The notes beneath the pieces are model-generated. The model worked only from the letters and a program-made list of their open reading frames with translations. It did no database searches and was not told where the DNA came from. Below are positions 19,979 through 30,372 of a stretch of DNA of 64,000 nucleotides, piece by piece (the first letter of the stretch is position 1; each line of letters begins with the position of its first letter). The stretch spans positions 47,759 through 111,758 of the forward strand of contig NZ_CANKXK010000011.1 of NCBI RefSeq assembly GCF_947487605.1, written 5' to 3'. Position numbers and translations under genes: made by a program. The stretch comes from an uncultured Algibacter sp. GTDB taxonomy: Bacteria > Bacteroidota > Bacteroidia > Flavobacteriales > Flavobacteriaceae.

Positions 19979-21157
19979 ATGAACGATATTTTTCATATAT
20001 CAAAGCTATTAATTAAGAAAAAATTAAGGATTTTAACAGATTCTGGTAAATTACAATTAAAGAAATTTATCAAAGAATTTCCATTTACAAATGAAGTTAA
20101 AATTGAAGAATTAATAGATAAAATTGAATCTTATTCTACAATTAACAAAGCAGAGGCTTGGAAATCTATAGAGAAAAAATCTCAAAACAAGAAGTATACA
20201 CCTGTTTTTACACTAAGAAACAAAACGTGGTATAAATATGCTGCTGCAGCTATTATTGTTGGTGTCCTTACCACTACGTATTTCTTCAAAGATAATTCAT
20301 CAAACACACCTGTATCAAATACGCCAATAATAGTAAATTCAGATTCTAATACTATTAAACCAGGGACAGACAAAGCAACCTTAACACTAGAAGATGGCTC
20401 TCTTGTAACACTAGAAAAAGGAAATAATTATAAAACGCAAAACATAAATAGTAATGGAAAACAAATTGTTTACAAAGCGCCAGAAAAGGTTTCCTCTAAA
20501 ATTAAATACAACTACCTAACCATTCCAAGAGGTGGACAATTCTTCATCAAGTTGTCTGATGGTACTCAGGTATGGTTAAACTCAGAATCTCAACTAAAAT
20601 ATCCAGTAGCTTTTGCCGATGGTGTTGATCGTGTAGTTGAATTAGTCTATGGTGAAGCGTATTTTGATGTGTCTCCTAGTACGGAACATAAAGGCGCTAA
20701 GTTTAAAGTATTCAACCAATCTCAAGAAGTTGAAGTGCTAGGTACAGAGTTCAATATTAAAGCCTACAAAGATGAGACTAATATTTACACCACTTTAGTT
20801 GAAGGTAAAGTTCTAGTAAGTTCCGAAAATCAATATCAAAACTTAACACCCAACCAACAATCAAACCTTAATTTGTTAAAGAATAGTATAACAATCGCTA
20901 ATGTTGATGGATATGCAGAAACTTTATGGCGTAAAGGGATTTTTAGCTTTAAAGGGAAACCGCTAAAAGAAATTATGAAAGTTATATCTAGATGGTATGA
21001 TGTTGAAGTTATTTTTGAAAACAAAGAACATGAAGATTTAAAATTTAAGGGGGTTTTAGGAAAAAACCAAGACCTTCAAGAAATTCTTCAAACAATAAAA
21101 AGCTTAAGTATAATTAAAAACCACGAAGTGCATGACAAAATAATAATACTAAAATAA
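19979..21157 (+). CDS. FecR family anti-sigma factor
   Basis: TM segment, LSDGTQVWLNSES.LKYP, GEAYFDV, VLGTEFN, RWYDV. Confidence 0.92.
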   Translation: MNDIFHISKLLIKKKLRILTDSGKLQLKKFIKEFPFTNEVKIEELIDKIESYSTINKAEAWKSIEKKSQNKKYTPVFTLRNKTWYKYAAAAIIVGVLTTTYFFKDNSSNTPVSNTPIIVNSDSNTIKPGTDKATLTLEDGSLVTLEKGNNYKTQNINSNGKQIVYKAPEKVSSKIKYNYLTIPRGGQFFIKLSDGTQVWLNSESQLKYPVAFADGVDRVVELVYGEAYFDVSPSTEHKGAKFKVFNQSQEVEVLGTEFNIKAYKDETNIYTTLVEGKVLVSSENQYQNLTPNQQSNLNLLKNSITIANVDGYAETLWRKGIFSFKGKPLKEIMKVISRWYDVEVIFENKEHEDLKFKGVLGKNQDLQEILQTIKSLSIIKNHEVHDKIIILK

Positions 21158-21267
21158 AAAATAAAGGGAAAAAGAGTTTAGACCGTGGAAAGTATAAAAA
21201 CTCAATCCCCTTTTTTATCGATTACCAATTAATTAAATGTTTAACCAACTAATAATTTATCAAATTT

Positions 21268-24200
21268 ATGAAAATTAAACTAAACTATGCCCTTTTTTGT
21301 ATAAGAAGGGAGTTACTAATTAACATGATGAGAACCTTTATCTTCTTGTGCTTTACGTTTGCCTTTAGCATTACACCAAGTAATATGTTATCTCAAAATG
21401 CGAAAATTAAAATTGAATCAAATAAAACATTAACCGTTGATGATGTTTTTGATTTAATTATGCAACAAACAGATTATAAGTTTATTTATCAAGAAGGAAT
21501 TTTTAAAAACTTCCCTAAGGTTGAAGTTAAAAAGGGAACTATTAAAGCAAATGAACTAATAAGAAAAAGTTTATCTAACGGCAATTTTGAAATAACCGTT
21601 GGAAAAGATAATACAGTAGTTGTAAAGGAGAAAATAATAAGTACTAAACCTGAGCAGCAACATCAAATAAAAGGAACAGTTGTTGATGAATCTGGACTAC
21701 CTCTACCTGGAGCCAATATTTTGGAGAAGGACACTACTAATGGTACTCAAACAGATTTTGATGGGAATTTTTCTTTGGAAGTGTCTAGTGAAAATGCCAT
21801 AATAGTAATTTCTTATATAGGGTATGAATCTCAACAAATCACTGTTTCTAACCAATCTACTTTTAATATAGTTCTACAACCTGATTTACTTGGTTTAAAC
21901 GAAATTGTAGTTATAGGTTATGGTTCAATGAAAAAAAGTGATTTAACCGGTGCTGTCTCTTCAGTATCTGGAGACGACTTACTAAAAGTAGCTTCAAACA
22001 GACCTGTAGAAGCTATTCAAGGAAGAGTAGCTGGTGTTTCTATTAACAAAACATCTGGACGCCCAGGAGCAGGCATGAAAGTAAGAATTCGTGGTGTTGG
22101 TAGTACAAATAACTCCGATCCTTTGTACGTAGTTGATGGTGTTCCAATTGGGAATGATATTGAGTTTTTAGCACCAGAAGATATTCAAAGCATTGAGATT
22201 CTTAAAGATGCATCTTCCACTGCAATTTATGGTAATAGAGGTGCAAATGGCGTCATTATTGTAACCACAAAATCAGGAAAATCTTCTAGTAAGCCTGTTT
22301 TTTCTTTTAACAGTTATTATGGTATTTCAGAAATTCCTAATAAGGTAGAATTATTAGATGCCACACAACAAGCTGGTTTAATTTTAGAAGCTGCAGCTAA
22401 TGATGGACAAACACTTCCATCTGGTTTAGAAAGTCGTATAAATTATGTTTTGGCAAATAATGCTAAAGGAACCGATTGGCAAAGTGAAGTATTTAGAGAA
22501 GCGCATCAACAAAATTATAACTTAAATATAAGAGGAGGAATTTCATCTGATGATGATTCTGGAAGAAAATTTTTATATGCATTAAGTGGTACTTTGTTTG
22601 ACGAAGATGGAACTGTAAAAAATACCGCATTTAAAAAATATATATTTAACACAAAAACAGAATATTATTTTAATGAAAAAGTAAATGCTGGAGTACAAAT
22701 TAATATTTTTAGAAGTGAACTAGGTAATTTCCCTCAAAGCATTTTTAATGGCCCTATACCATTAGCTTTAACTTCAAGTCCAATTGATAGCCCTAGAGGT
22801 GTAGATGGAGAGTTTATACCTATGTTAACTGCTTTTGGCAATAACCCATCTTTATTAGTTGACCACTTAAAATATGGTAACAACAAAACAAATTCTTATT
22901 TACTAAGAACATGGCTACAATTTGATATTCTTGACGGGCTTAATTTTAAAACAAATTATCAAATTTCAAACGGTGCAATTCACAATAAAAACTATAGTCC
23001 AGCATATTATTTAAATGAGAATTTTAATAGAGCAGAAAGCCAGTTATATGAACAGAGAGGCGATTTTTATAGTTGGACATGGGTTAACTTATTAAACTAT
23101 AATAAAACATTTAATGACGTTCATAAGGTTATAGCAACTTTGGGACATGAGTCTTCATATAACAGAAGTGGAGGTTTCAGTGGTGTTGGTATTAATGTAC
23201 CAAGTGAACCAGATTTACAGCATTTAAATTTATCTAAAACGTTTAATGAAAGAATAAATGCATATCAAGGACAAGGTGGTACAGAATCTTATTTTGCAAG
23301 AGCCTTCTATTCCTTTAACAATAAGTATATGTTTACTGGTACTGCTAGGTACGATGGTTCAAGTAAATTCTCAGGAGATAATAAATGGGGGTTCTTTCCA
23401 TCTTTTGGTGCCTCATGGAAAGCTGATGAAGAGTCTTTTATACAAGACCTTAATGTGTTTTCGGCTTTAAAGTTTAGAGTTGGTTGGGGACGAGTAGGAA
23501 ATGAATCTAGTGCTCAAGCAGGATCTGATGTTGCTAATATTGGAAACTATTCAATGCAATATGTATTTAATGATGTTCAATATCAAGGAGGTACTACAAC
23601 CAACATTCCAACCCCAGATTTAAAATGGGAGATTATTGAAACTCAAAACTTTGGTGTTGATATGGGCTTCTTAGATGGTGATTTAACCTTAACAGCAGAC
23701 TATTTTATTAGAGACACCAAGGATATGATTACGCGTGTGGCACTACCTGGATATTTTCCAAAAGACAGACCTAACGCTAATATAGGAACCATGAGTAACA
23801 AAGGTTTTGAATTTGCTGCAAATTACGGAGCCAAGTTAGGTGAGGTCAACTTTAGCGTTGGTGCAAACATAACCTTCATTGATAATGAAATAGTTAAGTT
23901 AAACTCAAATGATGATGCGTTTATTGATGGAGGGTTTATTGATAAATTAGGCTTTACAACAAGAACAGAATCTGGTAGAGAAATTGCTTATTTCTATGGA
24001 TACCAAACTGATGGAATTTTTAAGACTCAAGAAGAAGTTAATGCTTATGCTTCTATTCAGCCTGATGCAAAGGTAGGAGATGTTAGATTTGTTGATAATA
24101 GTGATAATGGAACAATTGATGCTGATGACAGAGTTTATTTAGGTTCTGGTCAATCTGATTTCTCATATGGATTTAATTTTAATGTTGAGTATAAAGGATT

Positions 24201-24675
24201 TGACTTATCTGGTAATTTCTTCGGTGTTCAAGGAGCAGAAATAGTTAATGGTTTAAATGTAAGGCTATTAGGTATTAGTGATTATTATAACTCCTATGCA
24301 GATAGAGTCAATCGTTTTCATCCAATAAATAATCCAACGGGCACACAACCAAGAGTAACCTTATCTGATGCTAATAATAATCTACGTTTTTCTGATAGAT
24401 ATGTAGAAGATGGATCTTTTTTAAGGCTAAAAAACTTACAGGTTGGTTACACTATACCTTCAAAATTTACTGAAAAATCAGGAATAGAGAAATTACGACT
24501 TTACGTATCTGGTCAAAACCTTTTAACATTCACGAAGTACAAAGGCTATGATCCTGAAGTAGGAGACTTAACTCAAGGAGCAAGCAATGACGTTAGAAGC
24601 CTTGGTATTGGAGTAGATCTAGGGAATTACCCTCAACCAAGATTATTCTATCTTGGAGTTAACCTTACATTTTAA
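21268..24675 (+). CDS. susC: SusC/RagA TonB-dependent transporter with N-terminal signalling extension
   Basis: STN-like N-terminus, IRGVGS..PLYVVDG, LKDASSTAIYGNRGANGVIIVTTK, C-terminal Phe. Confidence 0.95.
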   Translation: MKIKLNYALFCIRRELLINMMRTFIFLCFTFAFSITPSNMLSQNAKIKIESNKTLTVDDVFDLIMQQTDYKFIYQEGIFKNFPKVEVKKGTIKANELIRKSLSNGNFEITVGKDNTVVVKEKIISTKPEQQHQIKGTVVDESGLPLPGANILEKDTTNGTQTDFDGNFSLEVSSENAIIVISYIGYESQQITVSNQSTFNIVLQPDLLGLNEIVVIGYGSMKKSDLTGAVSSVSGDDLLKVASNRPVEAIQGRVAGVSINKTSGRPGAGMKVRIRGVGSTNNSDPLYVVDGVPIGNDIEFLAPEDIQSIEILKDASSTAIYGNRGANGVIIVTTKSGKSSSKPVFSFNSYYGISEIPNKVELLDATQQAGLILEAAANDGQTLPSGLESRINYVLANNAKGTDWQSEVFREAHQQNYNLNIRGGISSDDDSGRKFLYALSGTLFDEDGTVKNTAFKKYIFNTKTEYYFNEKVNAGVQINIFRSELGNFPQSIFNGPIPLALTSSPIDSPRGVDGEFIPMLTAFGNNPSLLVDHLKYGNNKTNSYLLRTWLQFDILDGLNFKTNYQISNGAIHNKNYSPAYYLNENFNRAESQLYEQRGDFYSWTWVNLLNYNKTFNDVHKVIATLGHESSYNRSGGFSGVGINVPSEPDLQHLNLSKTFNERINAYQGQGGTESYFARAFYSFNNKYMFTGTARYDGSSKFSGDNKWGFFPSFGASWKADEESFIQDLNVFSALKFRVGWGRVGNESSAQAGSDVANIGNYSMQYVFNDVQYQGGTTTNIPTPDLKWEIIETQNFGVDMGFLDGDLTLTADYFIRDTKDMITRVALPGYFPKDRPNANIGTMSNKGFEFAANYGAKLGEVNFSVGANITFIDNEIVKLNSNDDAFIDGGFIDKLGFTTRTESGREIAYFYGYQTDGIFKTQEEVNAYASIQPDAKVGDVRFVDNSDNGTIDADDRVYLGSGQSDFSYGFNFNVEYKGFDLSGNFFGVQGAEIVNGLNVRLLGISDYYNSYADRVNRFHPINNPTGTQPRVTLSDANNNLRFSDRYVEDGSFLRLKNLQVGYTIPSKFTEKSGIEKLRLYVSGQNLLTFTKYKGYDPEVGDLTQGASNDVRSLGIGVDLGNYPQPRLFYLGVNLTF

Positions 24676-24687
24676 AAACAATAAGTT

Positions 24688-26286
24688 ATGATAAAAGTAT
24701 TTAAAATATTGCTTCTATTAGCAGGAGCAATGGTTATATCTTCTTGTGAGAGTAACCTAACCGATTTAGAAAACATTGGAACACAAACAGCCGAAGTTTA
24801 TTTTAATGACCCAGATAATGCCTTGGCAGGACTAAATTCTGTTTATGCAGCCACTCAAGATGATCAATATTTTGTGTACGGTGATATACTATCTGATGAT
24901 AGTGTTAAAGGAGGAAGCTCTTTCTTTGACTGGGTAGATCGAGAATATCTAAGATCTTTTACCGCAAACTCTGGAAATGGAGTTTCAGGAGGAACATGGT
25001 CATTATTATATACTACTATAGTAAGAGCCAATGAAGTTATCAACTCTTTACCCGAGGCAACCTTTGATAGTGATTTAAAAGACAGAATAATTGGAGAAGC
25101 TAAGTTTTTAAGAGCCTACGCTTATTCTAAGTTGGTGCCTTTATTTGGAGGAGTTCCCTTAGTTACTGATAATTTTGAAGTAGATAATTTAACCGCACCA
25201 AGAAGTACTGAAGATGAAATATATGCTTTCATAAAACAAGATTTGGATGATGCAATTGCAAACCTACCTGAAAAAAGTGGTTATACGCTAGCAGATTTAG
25301 GTCGTGTTACCAAAGGGGCTGCAAGAATGTTAAAGGTTAGGGTTTTAATGCAAGAAACAGGGTATAGCTACAATTCTGTTTTATCAGCTTCAACAAATTA
25401 TGCAGTAGATGTAGCCGCAAACTGGAACGAAGTTTATAATCTTACAAATGATATTATTACCTCTGGAGAATATCAATTGGTTGATAATTTTGCTTCAATT
25501 TGGGAAGAAGAAGGAGAAAATAATATAGAGTCAATTTTTGAAATCCAACACAAACAAACTAATAATGAATGGGGCGAAAGTGTTGGAAACAAAACTATAG
25601 TTCAAATGGGTAATAGAGACGACTGGGGTTGGTGCTTTAATTTACCAACAGATGCTTTGTATAATACTTTTTCTAGTTCAGACCCAAGATTATTGTGCAC
25701 AATATACGGACAAGAATATGATATCTTATTTGGAGTTAAGCAAATTTGGGATAAACAAGTTTGGACCTTAACAGATGATAGTACTAAAGATGAAGTTAGC
25801 AACTGTAGATTAAATAGAAAATATGCACTTGCAAAAGAGGCTAGACATGGTAATCATAATAATCAAGATGTAAATAAAAGAGTTATACGTTATGCAGAAG
25901 TATTGTTAGCGCATGCTGAATCTGCTTACTATAAGGGGTTTGAAGGAGAAGCACGAGATTATGTAAATATGGTTAGAGATAGAGCTCAAAATTCAACCTT
26001 GCCATTAGGTTCAGCAGAAGGACAAACATCAAATTACACTTATGATACTTTAGCTGGCGCATCTGTTCCTCCAATAGTGAGTTCTGGTAATGCCTTACTA
26101 GAAGATATCTTAAAAGAACGCCGTCTAGAATTAGCAATGGAAGGTATTCGATATTTCGACATAATAAGAACTGGTAGAATCGATTTATTACCATACACAG
26201 ACAACTACCAATCACATGACGGTCTTTTACCACTACCTATTGGTGACGTAAACACTTTTGGATTGCCACAAAACAAAAACTATTAA
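24688..26286 (+). CDS. susD: SusD/RagB nutrient-binding lipoprotein
   Basis: Lipobox ISSC, GEAKFLRAY.Y, FGGVPL, IRYAEVLL..AE, ERRLELAMEG.RYFDIIR. Confidence 0.95.
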   Translation: MIKVFKILLLLAGAMVISSCESNLTDLENIGTQTAEVYFNDPDNALAGLNSVYAATQDDQYFVYGDILSDDSVKGGSSFFDWVDREYLRSFTANSGNGVSGGTWSLLYTTIVRANEVINSLPEATFDSDLKDRIIGEAKFLRAYAYSKLVPLFGGVPLVTDNFEVDNLTAPRSTEDEIYAFIKQDLDDAIANLPEKSGYTLADLGRVTKGAARMLKVRVLMQETGYSYNSVLSASTNYAVDVAANWNEVYNLTNDIITSGEYQLVDNFASIWEEEGENNIESIFEIQHKQTNNEWGESVGNKTIVQMGNRDDWGWCFNLPTDALYNTFSSSDPRLLCTIYGQEYDILFGVKQIWDKQVWTLTDDSTKDEVSNCRLNRKYALAKEARHGNHNNQDVNKRVIRYAEVLLAHAESAYYKGFEGEARDYVNMVRDRAQNSTLPLGSAEGQTSNYTYDTLAGASVPPIVSSGNALLEDILKERRLELAMEGIRYFDIIRTGRIDLLPYTDNYQSHDGLLPLPIGDVNTFGLPQNKNY

Positions 26287-26306
26287 AAATTTAACAAACT
26301 AATAAG

Positions 26307-27998
26307 ATGAATAAATATTTAAATTTTTCAACAATTATACTTTTAGTGTTGGTAAGCATCTTTGGTTGTCAAACAGATGATTCGACTTATGATGTAAACT
26401 GGCCAATCCCAACGATAACAAATGTAAGTAGCTATAATGATTTTTTATCAAGCACAATTACATTAACAGGTAATTTTACCAAAGTAAATAATATCACTTT
26501 TGGAGGCGTTCCAGGTGAGGATTTAGAAGTTGATAGCAATGGAACTTCGCTTAGCGTAAAAGTTCCAAGATCTATGCCTGTAGATGGCGGTGTTATTTTA
26601 GTAACTAATGAGTATTCACAAAGTTATGCAACAATAGAAAAGTTTGTTCCAATAATCCCTACTACTACGGTTGCAGAAGTTACCGATATACAGGTGGGGC
26701 TCACATTTACCGTTACAGGAGTAAATGTTGATTTATTAACAGAAGTAGCTGTTGATGGTGTTCCTGTTCCTGTTGTAGCTAAAACTACAGAATCCATAAT
26801 ATTATCCGTATCTGGATTAGACCTAAGAGCGGGTATGCTTGTTGATGTTTCGTTTACCAGTTTAGCTAAAAATGATATTCCTGTTGCTGAAAAAATTGAA
26901 GTAATCTATCCTTTTATTTCTTATAACGAAGTAGTTATCTGGGATTTTATGGATGGAACGCATCAGTACACAGGAGAAGGTACAGCATCTATTCAGAATG
27001 GTGACGTTTTAGGAGAAACAGCAAATTACTTTTCATTAAGAGCTCCTGGTTACGGATGGGATAAAACTACTGGCGAAATGATTTCTGATGATATTCCAGA
27101 TATTAGCAAGCTTGTAAACCCATACATTACATTTGCCATTAGAACACCCGCTGGAAGTGCTGGCTACTTTCAATTAGAAGATCAAAATAGCCATTGGAGA
27201 CATTTTGGTTACGGTTATGATACAGGAGGAGAATGGGTAATCATATCTTTACCACTTGAAGAAAGCTGGGAAGGTGGCGGAGATTTTAGTGCTGGGGCTT
27301 TTAAACCAAAATTAGGCTTTAAAGCTGGTAATGCTGGTGCTAATCAAGACGTTGATGTAGCTTTTGTAAAAATTACAGAAGGGCAGTATGACGGTAGTCA
27401 AGAAATAGGTGATGCATTAGTAGGTTCTACAAAACCAGCTAAACTAGTAGTAATGGATTTTGAAGACACCGAAAATTGGCCAAACATACTTAATGGTGGA
27501 AATCTTGTAGCATCTTTAGATTTGAGAAAAGATGAAATAGAACCGTTCTTTGGAAATGAGTTTTTTACTTACACAGATGATGGATCTCTTGGTGACTGGG
27601 GAGGTTACTGGGGACAAACAATTTCTAAAAGTATGGTAGATTCTCAACTTTCTGTTTTTGATGAGCCCTATTTATCCTTTGCATTAAATTGTATTGAGGG
27701 TAATGCGCAATATTTAATTGTAAGAATTTGGCAATATGACGAACAATTACAATTGATTCAAAAATTCTTCCCAGACTCAAACGGTAGTTGGGAGACTTTC
27801 CAATTTAGCTTATTTAACACAGACATGGAAAATTGGAGTGATGACAGCACACCACTAGGGGCGCATTACAAATCTTTAAAAAGATTAAATCGAGATGCAC
27901 CTATAGATAGAGTAGAACTTATTGTTAGTAGAAATTCTGGAAATACTGTTGGCTTAAGTATTGATGACCTTGTTATTACTGAAGGCCCAAGGTACTAG
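26307..27998 (+). CDS. Surface glycan-binding lipoprotein (IPT/TIG-like N-terminus)
   Basis: Lipobox IFGC, IPT-like ITLTGNF..V..ITFGG..VKVP, Trp-rich C-terminal domains, position after susD. Confidence 0.7.
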   Translation: MNKYLNFSTIILLVLVSIFGCQTDDSTYDVNWPIPTITNVSSYNDFLSSTITLTGNFTKVNNITFGGVPGEDLEVDSNGTSLSVKVPRSMPVDGGVILVTNEYSQSYATIEKFVPIIPTTTVAEVTDIQVGLTFTVTGVNVDLLTEVAVDGVPVPVVAKTTESIILSVSGLDLRAGMLVDVSFTSLAKNDIPVAEKIEVIYPFISYNEVVIWDFMDGTHQYTGEGTASIQNGDVLGETANYFSLRAPGYGWDKTTGEMISDDIPDISKLVNPYITFAIRTPAGSAGYFQLEDQNSHWRHFGYGYDTGGEWVIISLPLEESWEGGGDFSAGAFKPKLGFKAGNAGANQDVDVAFVKITEGQYDGSQEIGDALVGSTKPAKLVVMDFEDTENWPNILNGGNLVASLDLRKDEIEPFFGNEFFTYTDDGSLGDWGGYWGQTISKSMVDSQLSVFDEPYLSFALNCIEGNAQYLIVRIWQYDEQLQLIQKFFPDSNGSWETFQFSLFNTDMENWSDDSTPLGAHYKSLKRLNRDAPIDRVELIVSRNSGNTVGLSIDDLVITEGPRY

Positions 27999-28036
27999 TA
28001 CAGAGTTTAAGTAGTTAGTTAGTTTAGTTTTTTTAG

Positions 28037-28062
28037 ATAGGGCATTTATATAAATGCCCTAT
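28037..28062. terminator. Intergenic hairpin (terminator or processing site) inside the PUL
   Basis: ATAGGGCATTTA-TA-TAAATGCCCTAT perfect 12-bp stem. Confidence 0.55.
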
Positions 28063-28105
28063 TCTAAAAAGTAACCAAAGAATCATTCCTTTTTTAATTA
28101 CCGTT

Positions 28106-30046
28106 ATGAAAATATTTATAAAAGTTTTATTAGTTGTTTTCCTAGTTTACTCTTGTTCAAAAGATGACGAAGCAGTCACGCTTAGTAATGAATCCAAATT
28201 AATTTCCTTTTCAATAAAAGAAATCTCAGAAAGCTTTAATATATCTAATAATAATATTGTTGAAACTATAATTTCTGAAGAACAAGATTTAACAAATCTA
28301 ACAGCTATTTTTACTATTTCTCCTAATGCAAAAGCATATATAGGGAATGACCTACAAACATCTGGCTATTCTAGAAATAATTATTCTAATCCGGTAACTT
28401 TTGTTATTGAAGCCGAAGATGGAACTAAAACCAACTACACCATAATTGTGGACATAGAAGCAAACCTATTAACTTTCAGTGTCTTAGAGCTTCCTAGTAT
28501 TCCATTTAACATAAATGACACAAATATTACCGCAACCGTACCATCAGGAACCGATTTAACTGAACTTACTGCAACGTTTTCTTTATCGGGTAACTCTGAA
28601 TTATATATTGGTAGTACAAAACAGATTTCAGGTGAAACAAAAAATGATTTTAGTCAAGCTGTAACTTATGATTTAAAGAAAAACAATGAATTAGTTAAAG
28701 CATACACCGTAGCCATTGAAGAAGCTCCTAATACTAACCCAGTAGCAGAAGCAGGAGATGACAAAATAGCCATACTTGTTGGTTCAGCTACAACCGCAAC
28801 TATAAATTTAGATGCTTCTAAATCATATGATGCCGAAGCTCCCCTAGCCTCTTATGAGTGGAAACTTGAAGGAAACACTATTAGTACAGAAACCCTAACA
28901 AGTGTTGAATTACCTTTAGGTATTCATGTTATAGAATTAACGGTAACAGATTCAAGTGGAACAATAGCCACAGATACTATAACTGTTGAAGTAAGAATGC
29001 AAGGCGTTTATATACCCATAGATTCAGAAGCTACTTTTGAGACAAAAAATTTGTATAATAAAATAGCTTCCTTAGCAAACAGTAGCGAATTTGCTTTTGG
29101 ACAGGAGTTCCCAATGTCATTTCAATTAAATAATTTAAGAACAGATTTAAGTACATCTGATTGTAAAGATATTACTGGAGAACATCCAGGAGTTTATGGC
29201 ATTGACCCGCATTACTTAATGTACAAAACTAGCGAACAAAAACAGCTACATATTGATGAGGCTAAATATGCTTATAACAATGGTTCAATCGTAACATTCG
29301 ATTTTCATCAACAAAGTAGAAATGATCATAAAATTTATATCGATAATATTACCACTAGTACAGATAAAAGTTTAATGTACGATATTGTAAATAATCAAAA
29401 TGGTTCACGTGAATGGTTTTATAGTGAATTAGATGAAGTTTTAGAAATAATAAATAACGATCTAGGGTTTCCCATAGTATTTAGATTATTCCATGAAATG
29501 GATGGAAATTGGTTCTGGTGGGGCTCAAGTGCAACAAATCATTCAACTCAATTATATATTGATTTTTACAGATTAGCTGCAGATTATATTAAAGAAAGAA
29601 CGAATCTTGTGCTATTTGGATGGACACCTAATCAAAAATTAAACATAAATTACTATCCAGGTGATACTTATGTAGATGTTGTAGGTATAGATGTATATGA
29701 TGGAGTAAGTGCTAACTTAAAAACCAATTTGATTGAATTAAGTGATTTTGCTTACAATCATGGTAAAGTGGCAATTTTATCAGAAACAGGAAAGCAAAAT
29801 TATGTAAATAGCGATATCGATTTCTGGACAGGTAACATACTATCTGCTATTGAATCAGGGGGAAGTGATATTAGGATTGCTTGGGCATTAGCATGGTTTA
29901 ATGCGCCATGGGATTCTAGTCAATCAAACCTGTTTATACCCAATACTAATAGTTCAGATGAAGTTAAAAATGATTTTATTTCATTTTATAATAGCCCGTT
30001 AACACTTTTCCAATCTGAAGTAAAAGCTCTGGATGTTTATAATTAG
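28106..30046 (+). CDS. GH26 endo-beta-1,4-mannanase lipoprotein with two repeated Ig-like modules and a PKD-like domain
   Basis: RLFHEMDGNWFWWG (acid/base Glu), YYPGD.YVDVVG.D.Y, ILSETG (nucleophile); PVAEAG..LDASKSYD..YEW PKD motif. Confidence 0.85.
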   Translation: MKIFIKVLLVVFLVYSCSKDDEAVTLSNESKLISFSIKEISESFNISNNNIVETIISEEQDLTNLTAIFTISPNAKAYIGNDLQTSGYSRNNYSNPVTFVIEAEDGTKTNYTIIVDIEANLLTFSVLELPSIPFNINDTNITATVPSGTDLTELTATFSLSGNSELYIGSTKQISGETKNDFSQAVTYDLKKNNELVKAYTVAIEEAPNTNPVAEAGDDKIAILVGSATTATINLDASKSYDAEAPLASYEWKLEGNTISTETLTSVELPLGIHVIELTVTDSSGTIATDTITVEVRMQGVYIPIDSEATFETKNLYNKIASLANSSEFAFGQEFPMSFQLNNLRTDLSTSDCKDITGEHPGVYGIDPHYLMYKTSEQKQLHIDEAKYAYNNGSIVTFDFHQQSRNDHKIYIDNITTSTDKSLMYDIVNNQNGSREWFYSELDEVLEIINNDLGFPIVFRLFHEMDGNWFWWGSSATNHSTQLYIDFYRLAADYIKERTNLVLFGWTPNQKLNINYYPGDTYVDVVGIDVYDGVSANLKTNLIELSDFAYNHGKVAILSETGKQNYVNSDIDFWTGNILSAIESGGSDIRIAWALAWFNAPWDSSQSNLFIPNTNSSDEVKNDFISFYNSPLTLFQSEVKALDVYN

Positions 30047-30372
30047 TATTAAACTTATCTGACTGTAGTTTTTAGAGGATTACGTTTCTCTTTCATCTCT
30101 TTAATTTTCTTTTTAGAAAGAAAGTATAGCGTAAATTCAACATAAATATTTAGGTATAACTATTAAATATTAGTAAGTTATCATTTAATGCCTAATTAAA
30201 CCTTTCAGCAGTGCTAAAGAGTACAATGATTTTATCAATAAATGCTGTAAAGTTTAGATTCTAACGTTGAACTCACATCAATATAAATAGCATTTTAAGG
30301 TATTTGTAATTTGATTTTATAGAGAAAAAAAAGGTTTAGTGCCTAACTAAGAATTGTTAAATAAATATAATA

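Noticed and set aside
30047..30372. Hidden gene or sRNA in the GH26-GH2 gap
   Set aside because: No convincing ORF; only a weak imperfect inverted repeat (~30197-30256) in AT-rich sequence
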